From Candidatus Binatia bacterium (GTDB taxonomy: Bacteria > Desulfobacterota > Binatia > HRBIN30): DNA of 64,000 nucleotides. Location of the stretch: contig JBBRSP010000032.1 in NCBI GenBank assembly GCA_038245295.1, positions 7,410-71,409 of the forward strand, in the 5' to 3' direction. The position numbers and the translations under genes are program-made. Under the pieces are notes generated by a model, which made no database searches, was not told where the DNA came from, and worked only from the letters and a program-made list of their open reading frames with translations. This document shows, one piece after another, positions 53,725 through 63,260 of the stretch; positions within the stretch are counted from its first letter, which is position 1, and each line of letters starts with the position of its first letter.

Positions 53725-54428
53725 GATGGGTGTCGGGCAGGAGGCGCGAGGCCTGCATCGGCTTGCGGCTTGAAGCGGCGACGCACGCGCAGCGTCAGCA
53801 CCCCGTCGTCGGCGCGATGTGTCTCGAGGCAAACGCGTAGGCGTTCAAGGTCGGCGCCGCTGAAGATCGCCGCGCTCAGGGCGACGATGGTCTCGAAAAG
53901 AGCTTCCGGCATGCGGCCGATCGTCACATCGGGGTCCACCGCGTCATCAAAGAGGAGCTCAATCACGCTGGCATCGGTTCGGCCGACCGTTTCGCGCACC
54001 ATGCCGATGAAGCGATCGAGCTTCGTCGGACCGAGTGTGAGAGGATAAAATGTCTGCTCGACGGCACGTCGCAGATGGGACTCCTCGATGCTGACGGAGG
54101 CTTCGACGAGGCTCAGGCTTCCGGGACGGAAGTGCACCGTGGGCGGCGCGTCAATCGAGTCGCGGCTGAGGCTCAGGACGAACGACTTCTCGCCGTTGGT
54201 GACTTGAATCTGCGCGCTGGCGGCGGGATCCCACATGGGGTGTGTGCTCTGAATGGCGTCGCCGTCGATGCGTAGGTGCGTCAGACTGTGCCCGGCATGG
54301 GCTGCGAGAAATGTGGTCAGATCCGTGTCGTCGGCCGCGACCAGGGCGTGCGACAGGAGGGGTAGGGCGGTGCCGCAATCACGGCAGCCGAGCCAACCTG
54401 ATGCGGCACTAGTGGAGGGACGAGGCAC
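53721..54428 (-). CDS. Hypothetical protein with a CxxC...HxxH motif
   Basis: Coupled to the upstream kinase; CRDC and HAGH. Confidence 0.5.
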   Translation of the reverse strand: MPRPSTSAASGWLGCRDCGTALPLLSHALVAADDTDLTTFLAAHAGHSLTHLRIDGDAIQSTHPMWDPAASAQIQVTNGEKSFVLSLSRDSIDAPPTVHFRPGSLSLVEASVSIEESHLRRAVEQTFYPLTLGPTKLDRFIGMVRETVGRTDASVIELLFDDAVDPDVTIGRMPEALFETIVALSAAIFSGADLERLRVCLETHRADDGVLTLRVRRRFKPQADAGLAPPARHPS

Positions 54429-55503
54429 TCGGCGCTCCGTTGGGAAGGCGTAGTTCGACGTAGGTCCCAGCCTGGGTCTTGCTACGGACGTCGAGCTCGC
54501 CGCCGAGCAGGTTGGTCAGTCTCGTCGCCAGACGCAGCCCAAGCCCGAGGCCACGATGGCTGCGCGAGTGTGAGGCGTCGGCTTGTGTCAGCCCCTGCAG
54601 AGCGCGCCGCAAGTCCTCGTCGCTCATGCCAACCCCAGTGTCTTGAATGCCGATGCTGAGCATCTTGTTGCCCACGGCGATCCGAACGTCGAGCTGGCCG
54701 CTGCCGGTGAACTTCATGGCGTTGTCGAGCAACGCGTCGAGGATGCGTTCCACCATGCCCTCGTCGCTGAACAGATGGTACGCGTCCGGCGCTCCCACCA
54801 GGCTCACATCGAGATGTTTAGCGAGAGCGATCGGGCGGGCGCGGTCGATGGCGCGGCGCACGGTGGCGACAATGTCGAACGTGTCGGCGAACGGCTCGAC
54901 GTCGCCCGCCTCGATGGCGTTGAGCAACATGACATCTTCGATGAGCTGCAACAGGTCGACCGAATTGGTGCGGATACGTCCGAGCGCAAACCGCTGATCC
55001 TCGGTGAGGATCGGATGCAATTCGTCGCCGAGAATCGAGCTGTAGCCGATGATGGCGCTCAACGGCGTGCGCAACTCGTGCGACAGATTGGAGAGAAAGT
55101 CTTCCTTGGCGCTGCGACTACGCAGGCGCGAGCGTCGCCGAGCCACGGCGCGACGCACCAGCTCGGTTACCTGGGGTACGTCGAATGGCTTGGCGATGTA
55201 GTCGAAGGCGCCGAACCGGATACCGTCGAGCGCCGTGTCGAGGGAGCTGTATCCGGTGACGATGATCACCTCGATGTCCGGGTCGAACTGTTTGATGCGT
55301 TCGAGGACTTCAACCCCCGGCATCACCGGCATGCGTAAATCGAGCGTCACGACGTCGACCGAACGCTGTCGGATGACTTCCAACGCCTCCATCCCACCGC
55401 TGGCCACCACCACATCGTACGACGTCTTGAAGATCATCCGCAGCGACTCGGCCGGACCGCGTTCGTCGTCTACAATTAAAAGCGTTGCGCGTTCATCGGC
55501 CAT
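54409..55503 (-). CDS. Hybrid REC-histidine kinase
   Basis: IVDDE, LDLRMP, KPF; SHELRTPL, NAMKFT, DTGVGM, GLGLGL. Confidence 0.93.
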   Translation of the reverse strand: MADERATLLIVDDERGPAESLRMIFKTSYDVVVASGGMEALEVIRQRSVDVVTLDLRMPVMPGVEVLERIKQFDPDIEVIIVTGYSSLDTALDGIRFGAFDYIAKPFDVPQVTELVRRAVARRRSRLRSRSAKEDFLSNLSHELRTPLSAIIGYSSILGDELHPILTEDQRFALGRIRTNSVDLLQLIEDVMLLNAIEAGDVEPFADTFDIVATVRRAIDRARPIALAKHLDVSLVGAPDAYHLFSDEGMVERILDALLDNAMKFTGSGQLDVRIAVGNKMLSIGIQDTGVGMSDEDLRRALQGLTQADASHSRSHRGLGLGLRLATRLTNLLGGELDVRSKTQAGTYVELRLPNGAPSASSLH

Positions 55504-55532
55504 CGAGTCCCCTTCTGCAATGTGCAGAACGG

Positions 55533-55548
55533 AGCACGTGTGGTGCCA
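55533..55548 (-). promoter_or_regulatory. sigma54 promoter
   Basis: TGGCACCACACGTGCT, 30 bp upstream of the kinase start. Confidence 0.6.
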
Positions 55549-55726
55549 ACCGAGCCGTGGCGAGCGTGATGCGCTGGGGGAATGGACCTAAGCAGTTGGT
55601 CTCAGGGATAAAACTCGATGAAAATCGTTCGGTGTCGAACCCCCGAACGATCCTCTGCCGTACTCTTGCAGTTCGAAATTGTACGACGCGGCCCTGGGCC
55701 GTTCGCTTCTGTACGGACCCGCCAGG

Positions 55727-56143
55727 TCACTTTTCTTGGAGCGAACTCACATACTCGGTAATCTGTAGTGCCTTGCCACGCGCTCTGGTCTCCGCATTCA
55801 AGCTCATGCCGTCTTCGGCCCGGAAGATGTCGCCCCACACCGGCATGTCGGCATCACCATGGGCGCGGACCGTTTCACGGCCGTCAATGATTCGAATCAT
55901 ACGGTTGAACGGGAAATCACCGTGGTTCGCCTTGGCGATCTGGGTCAGATCCGACGGTTTCGGCCGCAGGTACTGCGAGACGACACCTTCGCCTTTGCCG
56001 TTTTCGCCATGACAGGCGCTGCAGTAACGCATGTAGGCCGCCTTCGACGGGCCGCGGGGTTCGGCGGTGACGGCCGACACCGAGGCCAGCGCGAGCAGCA
56101 TGCTCGTCGCGACCACGCCTTGAACGATCATTCGGACATTCAT
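55727..56143 (-). CDS. Monoheme class I cytochrome c
   Basis: Signal peptide, CSACH, PSDLT, HG..DMPVWG. Confidence 0.9.
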   Translation of the reverse strand: MNVRMIVQGVVATSMLLALASVSAVTAEPRGPSKAAYMRYCSACHGENGKGEGVVSQYLRPKPSDLTQIAKANHGDFPFNRMIRIIDGRETVRAHGDADMPVWGDIFRAEDGMSLNAETRARGKALQITEYVSSLQEK

Positions 56144-56170
56144 GAGAGATCTCCTTCGAACGATTAGCCG

Positions 56171-56186
56171 TGCAAAGTACCTGCCA
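56171..56186 (-). promoter_or_regulatory. sigma54 promoter
   Basis: TGGCAGGTACTTTGCA, 28 bp upstream of the cytochrome start. Confidence 0.65.
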
Positions 56187-56470
56187 TCGTACCGGCACGC
56201 AGGCAAGACAGGAAAAACACGAACGGAGCTGAGTCGGTTCCCATTGGCAAGAACGTTACGCCTCAAGTTGGGTCGGACGTCCGCTGTCCGCAGCAAACGA
56301 GATCCCTGAGTTGCATCGCTTCTCTGTTGCTGTGCGGTGGCGTATGGTCAGGCGACTCGAGGAGTATCGGTTTGAGTTCAACCAATCCGGCCTCGAGCCC
56401 GGTCAAACCGAATGTGCCAACCAACCTCGCCTCGTATTACTGATGTTCGAATTCGTTGCCGGACGCGCAA

Positions 56471-56590
56471 TTTGACAGGATGGACAGGATATACAGGATG
56501 AACCCGACAAGAACGCGCTCTCTGTTCCATCCTGCTTATCCTGCCTGTCCTCCGGAGCCTCAGCGCAGGTGGGTCCATCCTGTTGAATTT
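56471..56590. repeat. ACAGGAT-repeat palindromic element
   Basis: tttgacaggatggacaggatatacaggatg ... catcctgcttatcctgcc ... ccatcctgttgaattt. Confidence 0.6.
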
Positions 56591-56602
56591 GTTCCGCGGG
56601 GT

Positions 56603-58135
56603 GTGGGGTTGGGTTGCGGGCAAAGCCCGCGTCGTGCTCTCTCCTTCTTGACGGCGGCCTTGGGGCTTCTTGCCTCTGTTGCCGTCGCCCCCGCAGCGAC
56701 CGTGCGATTGAATCCGGCGGCGGCAACCATTGTTGCACCGGGAGGGTCGACTACGCTGGCTCTCGAGATCGACGAGTCGACATCCGTGGCAGGTTTCAAC
56801 CTCGGACTCATCTATGACGCTAGCGTCCTCACTGCCGCGCCCACCGGGGTGATGCAGGGCGGTGAGCTCTTAGCCGCCGGATGCTCCTTGTTCTTCAACG
56901 TCGGGAGTCCCGGCCGGATCTGCCTGGCGGCCGCGTGCCTCGGTAATCTTGGTGGTGGGCCGGCGACCATTGCGACGATTACCTTCGTCGCCGTTCGCAT
57001 CGGCAACACGGCCGTCTCGTTCGATCCCGCCGGCTGCTTGAATCCAGTCATTCCTCATGGCTGCCTCCTGGAGACGGATGCGGGGACGGTCAGCTGTCTT
57101 ACCAACGATGGGCAGGTCACCGTCGCGATCCCGAGCCCGACGCCCACCACCCAACTGGTGGGCACGGCCACGCCTACCGCGTCAGCGACACGCGCGGCGA
57201 GCTCGACGCTCCCGCCCGCGTCGTCAACACCTAGCTTCACGCGCAGTTTCACCGCGATGGTGGCGCGGACTCCGACACCGTCGCCGAGCCCTTCCCGGAC
57301 GTCGAGCTCGCTTCCAACCCGTTCGCCGAGCCCTTCCCGGACGTCGAGCTCGCTCCCGACCCGTTCGCCGAGCCCTTCCCGGACGTCGAGCTCGCTCCCG
57401 ACCCGTTCGCCGAGCCCTTCCCGGACGTCGAGCTCGCCTCCGACCCGTTCGCCGAGCGCGACGTTTACCGTGACGCGGACAAGTTCGCCGATACCCACGA
57501 CGACGTCGACACGCTCCTCGACATCGACCGCGTCGCCAACCTTCAGCGCTTCGGCGCGACCAAGCCCCACGGCGACGGCGTCGCGATCACCGACAAGGAC
57601 CGCGCTCGTATTGGCGAGTCGGACTCCGACTCAAACCGCCATGGGTACAGCGACACGCAGCGCGTCGGCAACCGCCACGTCAAGCCGCTCCATCACCACT
57701 GCGCCGACGGCGACAGCGAGCGCTAGCTCAACCGCACCGCCAGCGTTCACGGCAAGCGCGACGGTCACCATGTCTCGCACGAGCACCAACACCGCGAGTC
57801 CAACCGCGACCAACTCGCCAATGCCGACATCGTCGCCTACGGCGAGTACGACTCCAACGGCAACGTCGTCGCCAAGCCCGAGCCCGACGCCTTCACGCAC
57901 CAACACCGCAAGCTCCACACCGACCGCATCCGTCAGCCCAACGCCATTGCCCGTCTGCCGCGGCGACTGCAACGGCGATGGTGTCGTGACGGTGGACGAA
58001 TTGCTCGCGATGGTAAACATCGCGCTCGGGCTCAGGGAGCCATCACGATGTCCGGGCGGTGACGCCGATGGCGACGGCCGGGTTACCGTGGATGAAATTC
58101 TCGCCGCCGTGCGACGAGCCGCACAAGGTTGTTGA
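56603..58135 (+). CDS. Secreted protein: cohesin-like domain + S/T/P-rich stalk + C-terminal dockerin-like domain
   Basis: Signal peptide; VAGFNLGLIYDASVL...IATITF; about 280 aa of S/T/P; CRGDCNGDGVVTVDELL...DADGDGRVTVDEIL. Start uncertain. Confidence 0.75.
   Translation: MGLGCGQSPRRALSFLTAALGLLASVAVAPAATVRLNPAAATIVAPGGSTTLALEIDESTSVAGFNLGLIYDASVLTAAPTGVMQGGELLAAGCSLFFNVGSPGRICLAAACLGNLGGGPATIATITFVAVRIGNTAVSFDPAGCLNPVIPHGCLLETDAGTVSCLTNDGQVTVAIPSPTPTTQLVGTATPTASATRAASSTLPPASSTPSFTRSFTAMVARTPTPSPSPSRTSSSLPTRSPSPSRTSSSLPTRSPSPSRTSSSLPTRSPSPSRTSSSPPTRSPSATFTVTRTSSPIPTTTSTRSSTSTASPTFSASARPSPTATASRSPTRTALVLASRTPTQTAMGTATRSASATATSSRSITTAPTATASASSTAPPAFTASATVTMSRTSTNTASPTATNSPMPTSSPTASTTPTATSSPSPSPTPSRTNTASSTPTASVSPTPLPVCRGDCNGDGVVTVDELLAMVNIALGLREPSRCPGGDADGDGRVTVDEILAAVRRAAQGC
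57281..57457 (+). repeat. Intragenic 42-bp tandem repeat, 4 copies (SPSPSRTSSSLPTR)
   Basis: Four near-identical units tcgccgagcccttcccggacgtcgagctcgctcccgacccgt. Confidence 0.92.
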
Positions 58136-58185
58136 CCGTTCACTCGGCCTGTTTCATTGCCGCGGCGGTGCGCCGCTTCGACGGG

Positions 58186-59355
58186 TTACCGCTGCACGGT
58201 AGCAACGATGTCGTTGAATAGCTGATTCACCGTGTGTGTCATTTGTAGGGAGCCGTAGTCTCCAGCGGTGATCACCACGGTCAGGTCCAACTCGGGGAGC
58301 ATGAACAGACGTTGGCCGCCGTTGCCGAAGCCGGCGCTCCAAGCGAGGGATTTGCCCTGCCATGGGCTCGTGCCCATCCACCACTGATAGCCATACTGCA
58401 GTTCGCTCGCGGCATTCGGTGGGCTGTGGAATCCGGTCGAGATGTGGGGTCGCAGCGATTCTGTCACCCACGCGGCCGGAACGATTTGTTGGCCGTGCCA
58501 CTGGCCATGGTCGAGCAACAACCGCCCGATCTTCAGCAGGTCACGTGGCCGCATGCGTAGGCCCGTGAAGGCGAGGTTGCGTCCGTGCAGGTCGACCACC
58601 CATCCCCAGTCGGTGATGCCGAGCGGCTCGAACAGCTGCGTGCGGACCAGCTCATTGAGCGGCTTGCCGCTGCGGCGAAGGAGGATGTCCGCCAATACCG
58701 CCGTGCCTCCCGAGTTGTAATTGAACCGAGCACCGGGCGGCGCAACGATCGGCCGGCTCAGTACGTAGCGGTATGGCGCCCAGTGCCAATACAGCTTGGT
58801 TTCGTCGTTGGGCAGCGCGCCTTCGTCCCATGCCAGGCCGCTGCTCATCGTCAAGAGATGCTCGAGGTCGATGCGTTCGCGATCGGCCGCGCGCAGCTCG
58901 GCATATTCGGGGTAGAAGGCGAGGGCCGGCGTCGTCAGGTCAGTGATGACGCCGTGCTCCTTGGCGATGCCAATCAACAAGCCGATTATGCTTTTGCTGA
59001 TGGAGCGTATGTCGTGGCGCTTGGTCGGTCCGAACTCGACTGGGGAGGCAAAGGGATGCCACAGGCCGAACCAGACGTCGATCGAAAGGTCGGGCCCCGT
59101 ACGATAGAGCTCGGCGACCAAATGGCCGTGACGCTCGATGACGACGCCGTGGATGTTGTCAGCGCCACCGGCGACCTTCGCAAGGACGGCGCCGAGGGCC
59201 GCGCTGTTGAAGTCGGCCGCTGCCGGATTGGCGATCTCCCAGCCATCACCAATGGCGGCTGGTGGTGCACACTCCGCGGCTCGGGCGGGCGCCAACGCAA
59301 GCAGGAAGCCGGCAAGCAGTGCGACTGCGAACCGGTCGGCGCGAAATGCTCCTAT
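58186..59355 (-). CDS. Beta-lactamase-family serine hydrolase (NylB-like)
   Basis: RSISKS (SxxK), LLTMSSG, FNYNS, YGYQWW, GNGGQ. The signal peptide extends upstream of the TTG at 59295. Confidence 0.88.
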   Translation of the reverse strand: MGAFRADRFAVALLAGFLLALAPARAAECAPPAAIGDGWEIANPAAADFNSAALGAVLAKVAGGADNIHGVVIERHGHLVAELYRTGPDLSIDVWFGLWHPFASPVEFGPTKRHDIRSISKSIIGLLIGIAKEHGVITDLTTPALAFYPEYAELRAADRERIDLEHLLTMSSGLAWDEGALPNDETKLYWHWAPYRYVLSRPIVAPPGARFNYNSGGTAVLADILLRRSGKPLNELVRTQLFEPLGITDWGWVVDLHGRNLAFTGLRMRPRDLLKIGRLLLDHGQWHGQQIVPAAWVTESLRPHISTGFHSPPNAASELQYGYQWWMGTSPWQGKSLAWSAGFGNGGQRLFMLPELDLTVVITAGDYGSLQMTHTVNQLFNDIVATVQR

Positions 59356-59383
59356 GACCGCGGCGAGGGGCGTCGAACCGCCC

Positions 59384-60757
59384 CTACTCGGCGATGCCGA
59401 GCTTGTCCATTTTGTACTTGAGGATGCGGCGCGTCGTGCCGAGTAGCTCCGCGGCGCGCGTCTGATTCTGCTTCGCCTCGTCGAGAGCGCGTTTGATCAG
59501 TTGTTGCTCGAACTGATCGACGGCTTCAGCCAGGCGGGTTTCGCCGCGCAGTACGCTCTGCTGCGACGGATGTTGAGTGTTCTCCGAGGAATGCAGGTAG
59601 TCGGGCAGGTCGCTGCCGCCGATTTCGGCGCGCGGCGTCAGTACCAGGGTTCGTTCGATGACATTCTCGAGCTCGCGCACGTTACCCGGCCAGGAATACT
59701 GCAGCATCAGGTCGAGGGCGTCGTTGGTGAGTACTTTCTCAGGCAAGCCCAGCTCGCGGATCTTCAATCCCATGAAGTGGCGAATCAGCGTCACCAGGTC
59801 GTCGCGGCGCTCGCGCAGCGGCGGCAAGTGGATCGACACGACGTTCAAGCGATAGAAGAGATCGGAGCGGAACGAGCCGTCGCGCATACCGGCGTGCAGG
59901 TCGCGATTGGTGGCGGCGACGACACGCACGTCGACCTTTACCGACTGACTGCCGCCGACGCGGATGAACTCCGATTGCTCCAGAACGCGCAAGATCTTTG
60001 CTTGAGTCGCCGCCTGCATTTCACCGATTTCGTCGAGAAAGATCGTCCCGCCGTCGGCGTTCTCGAATTGCCCCAGTTTCTTGCTGATTGCATCGGTGAA
60101 GGCGCCGCGCTCGTGGCCGAACAGCTCGCTTTCGAGCAGCTGCTCGGGGATGGCGGCGCAGTTCAACGTGACCATGGGTTTGCTGGAGCGCGGGCTGTTG
60201 TAATGCAGTGCCTTGGCGATCAGCTCTTTGCCGGTGCCACTTTCGCCGGTGATCAGCACGGTGGTCTTCAAAGGCGCCACCATTGAAACGGTGCGCAGCA
60301 CGTCTTGCATCTTGGCCGACCGGCCGATGATGTTCTCGAAGCCGTACTTGATGCCAACTTCCGAGCGCAGGCATTCGACCTCGCGGGCCAGCTCGGTCGA
60401 CTGAACAGCGCGTTCCACCTGGATGGTCAGCTCTTCGACGTCGAAGGGTTTGGTGATGTAGTCGAACGCCCCCAGCTTCATGGCGTTGACCGCGGTCTTC
60501 ACAGTCTTTGTCGCCGTCAGCATGATGACTTGCGGCGGCGCCGGGCGTTGGCGGATCTTTTCGAGCGCCTCCATGCCGTCCATGCCCGGCATGAGTAGGT
60601 CGAGCAAGACGACATCGACGGGCTCACGTTCGATCGTATCGAGCGCGGCCTGACCGGACGTTGCGACGCCGATTTCAAAGCGGTCCTTCAGCACCATCCG
60701 CAACGATTCGCGGACGCCTAGCTCATCGTCCACTATGAGAACGCGACGCTTCTCCAT
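59384..60757 (-). CDS. sigma54-dependent response regulator (NtrC/AtoC family)
   Basis: REC domain, GESGTGKE, ELFGHERGAFTDA, FLDEIGE, WPGNVRELEN, Fis HTH. Confidence 0.96.
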   Translation of the reverse strand: MEKRRVLIVDDELGVRESLRMVLKDRFEIGVATSGQAALDTIEREPVDVVLLDLLMPGMDGMEALEKIRQRPAPPQVIMLTATKTVKTAVNAMKLGAFDYITKPFDVEELTIQVERAVQSTELAREVECLRSEVGIKYGFENIIGRSAKMQDVLRTVSMVAPLKTTVLITGESGTGKELIAKALHYNSPRSSKPMVTLNCAAIPEQLLESELFGHERGAFTDAISKKLGQFENADGGTIFLDEIGEMQAATQAKILRVLEQSEFIRVGGSQSVKVDVRVVAATNRDLHAGMRDGSFRSDLFYRLNVVSIHLPPLRERRDDLVTLIRHFMGLKIRELGLPEKVLTNDALDLMLQYSWPGNVRELENVIERTLVLTPRAEIGGSDLPDYLHSSENTQHPSQQSVLRGETRLAEAVDQFEQQLIKRALDEAKQNQTRAAELLGTTRRILKYKMDKLGIAE

Positions 60758-62537
60758 ACTCCGTGTTTCCCTTCGCAGATGGAAGGTGAACGGTCAGAAC
60801 CGTTCGTCCTTCATTTCCTTCGACACTCAGGCGTCCGCCGTTCTTCTCGATGACGGAACGGCCAAGCAAAATCCCCAACGGCAGCCAGGTTGGCGCGGCA
60901 TCGCCCGACGAATCGAGCCAAGTCTGCAGGCTTTCGACCGTGCTGCGGCGCGAGGTCTTGAACTCAATGGCAAACGCCGGTGATGGCAGCGCCGGTCGGA
61001 TGTTTAGCGTGCCACCTTCTTCCAGCTCGGCGATCACCGCCTCGAGCAGATGGGTGACGGCATAAGACAGTTGGTCCGGATCGGTGACGGCTTCGCCGGC
61101 ATCCGCCGGTTGGTAGTTGAGGACCAGGTGCCGTTCGGTCAAGGTCGGGGCGAGCTCGCGCACGGCCGGCCCGAGCACGGCGTTGATGGCGACGTTACTG
61201 CGTTCCGGCACCCCGAACTCGGTGAAGCGCACCAGTCCGTCGAGTACCCGATCCATGCGTTCGATGGCCTCGCCGGTGAGCTGCGCCAGTTGAACGCGTC
61301 CTTCGGGATTCTCCATGAGCCGATCGATGTGCTGGCCAATCGTCTTGATCGTGCTCATAGGGTTGCGGAATTCGTGGCACAGCTCCTGGATGATGAGCTC
61401 CGCCGGCGGGAGCGTCAGTGACGGTGTTGTTGGTGCGCCGGCGGTGACGGCAACCCCCTCGCTGTCGTCCAGTCTTGGTTCGGGGGAGGCCGGGCGCACG
61501 GTGCTGACCCTCGGCGCGGCGAAGCCGAACTGCAGATCGTCGACATCGAGGCGCGGCACGTCGCACAATGCCACGCTGCGAGCGACGACGGATTCGAGCT
61601 CCGCCAGATTGCCGGGCCAGGTGTAGTGTGTCAGGCGCGTGATGGCGCGTTCGCTGAAGCTCACGACTGGCCGGCGTAAGCGCTTCGTGGTGTCGAGTGC
61701 GACAGCCGCAACCAGGGCGGCGATGTCATCGGCGCGCTCGCGCAGCGGTTTGAGCTCGAGCGACATCGTGCCGAGGCGTAGCTCCAGGGTCCGGTCGAAG
61801 TCGGCGAGGCGTTGCAGCGCGCGCGGGTCGAGGCGCGTTTGGGCGATGACGCGCACACGTTGAAATCCCGAGTCGTTGTCCCAACCGCCGGCTTCGATGA
61901 CATCGAGGAGCCAGCGTTGCGCGCCGCGCGACAGGCGATCGACGTTGCCGACGCAAAGGGTGAGCGGACCTTTCCATCGTGTGGTGAAGCCGGCGAGATC
62001 AGCGGGCCACGAGTCGGCCGCCAGGGACACGAAGCGCGCCGCGCCGGAGCAACGGTGCAGGGCGCGCGCCACGCGCATCTTGCCGCAGCCGGGTTCACCG
62101 CTGATCAGGCAGGGCAGGTCGGTGTTGGCGAGCACTGCGGCGATGTGTGCGGCATCGGCATCGAGTCGGGGCGTTGCGAGGTCGGGGTCGTGGTTTGAAT
62201 CGTCGGCGGCTGCGCCCCTCGCGTTTAACGCCGTGGTGACGGCGTCGAGCAGCTCAATCGGAGAACCGAAGCGGGCGAGGTGTGATTGGTTGCCTCGGGA
62301 TGGTGACGCGGTTGTCGACATCCACAAGATCGGCGCTTGCCCGGCCAGCCGATCTATCGTCGCGGCCGAGAGCAGTCGCTCTTCAATGAGGAAAAGGACG
62401 GTGTCGAGCGGGGGGGGAGTGCGTTCGGCGGCGTCCGCGTCGAATGCTTCGACGACGCAGGTTGCTCCCAACACTGCTGAAACGGTTTCGCGAACGACAG
62501 GCGAACTGTCGATCACGCAGACCCGCGGGTTCCCCAC
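60723..62537 (-). CDS. Degenerate REC + degenerate sigma54 AAA+ + HisKA/HATPase-like fusion protein
   Basis: GEPGCGK, PLRERADDI, WPGNLAELE but no GAFTGA; CHEFRNP H-box; eroded N/G boxes. Confidence 0.7.
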   Translation of the reverse strand: MGNPRVCVIDSSPVVRETVSAVLGATCVVEAFDADAAERTPPPLDTVLFLIEERLLSAATIDRLAGQAPILWMSTTASPSRGNQSHLARFGSPIELLDAVTTALNARGAAADDSNHDPDLATPRLDADAAHIAAVLANTDLPCLISGEPGCGKMRVARALHRCSGAARFVSLAADSWPADLAGFTTRWKGPLTLCVGNVDRLSRGAQRWLLDVIEAGGWDNDSGFQRVRVIAQTRLDPRALQRLADFDRTLELRLGTMSLELKPLRERADDIAALVAAVALDTTKRLRRPVVSFSERAITRLTHYTWPGNLAELESVVARSVALCDVPRLDVDDLQFGFAAPRVSTVRPASPEPRLDDSEGVAVTAGAPTTPSLTLPPAELIIQELCHEFRNPMSTIKTIGQHIDRLMENPEGRVQLAQLTGEAIERMDRVLDGLVRFTEFGVPERSNVAINAVLGPAVRELAPTLTERHLVLNYQPADAGEAVTDPDQLSYAVTHLLEAVIAELEEGGTLNIRPALPSPAFAIEFKTSRRSTVESLQTWLDSSGDAAPTWLPLGILLGRSVIEKNGGRLSVEGNEGRTVLTVHLPSAKGNTEYGEASRSHSGR

Positions 62538-62907
62538 TCACCAACCTCCAAAGGAGTTGCCCTGCAGGACAACCCTGTTCCACATCCCGTGCGGAAGGTA
62601 TTCGGTACATCCCGCGAAGTCAATTCGGTGGATGGTGCCCGGGTTCGTGGCCGCACGATGTGAAGCGGAATGGGGCGGTTCGAGAACCGCCCGGTTTCCA
62701 ATGCCTACCGTCCGTGCTTGCCAGTACCGCCGACCGCCGGGCGGCTCCCGAGCCGCCCTACCTGATCGCCGCCGGCCACTGGCGTTCGATGATGGCGCTG
62801 AAGTTCGTGCACGGCGCCAGGGTTCCGAATGCCATACCATGTTCACCACCAAGGCGTGACCCGACAAACGCGTCGGCGACGGCCGTGTCGCTGTGACGGA
62901 TCAACAG

Positions 62908-62960
62908 AAATGCGCTTGTTGGACACCCACTCAAATGCGCTTGTTGGACACCCACTCAAA
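62908..62960 (+). repeat. 25-bp tandem duplication
   Basis: aaatgcgcttgttggacacccactc, 2 copies. Confidence 0.9.
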
Positions 62961-63260
62961 AGACTCGGCGATTGCGCCGTGAGATCAGCGCCTTGGATGA
63001 ACGCCCGCTCGGCGGCTGTCGCCGGGCGGAGATGGGTGTCCTTCTTGCAGAGACGTTTTGTTGAAATGGCGAAACAGCAGCCGGATCGTCAATCTTCGAC
63101 GCAATATGACGAAACAGCATCTCGTTCGTCTAACTTGATAGCGGAATGACGAAAAAATTAGTTATTCGCCGAATCGTTTACTAGAAACAACGAAACACAA
63201 ACTGATAAGCCTATCGTGATTCAAGATTACCGTACCAGAAAGTCATACGTCATTTTGCGG

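Noticed and set aside
56456-56602. ORF-track N-terminal extension of the cohesin-like protein
   Set aside because: It translates a palindromic repeat element; the signal peptide begins later.
57281-57457. Possible CRISPR or non-coding array
   Set aside because: An in-frame coding tandem repeat without unique spacers.
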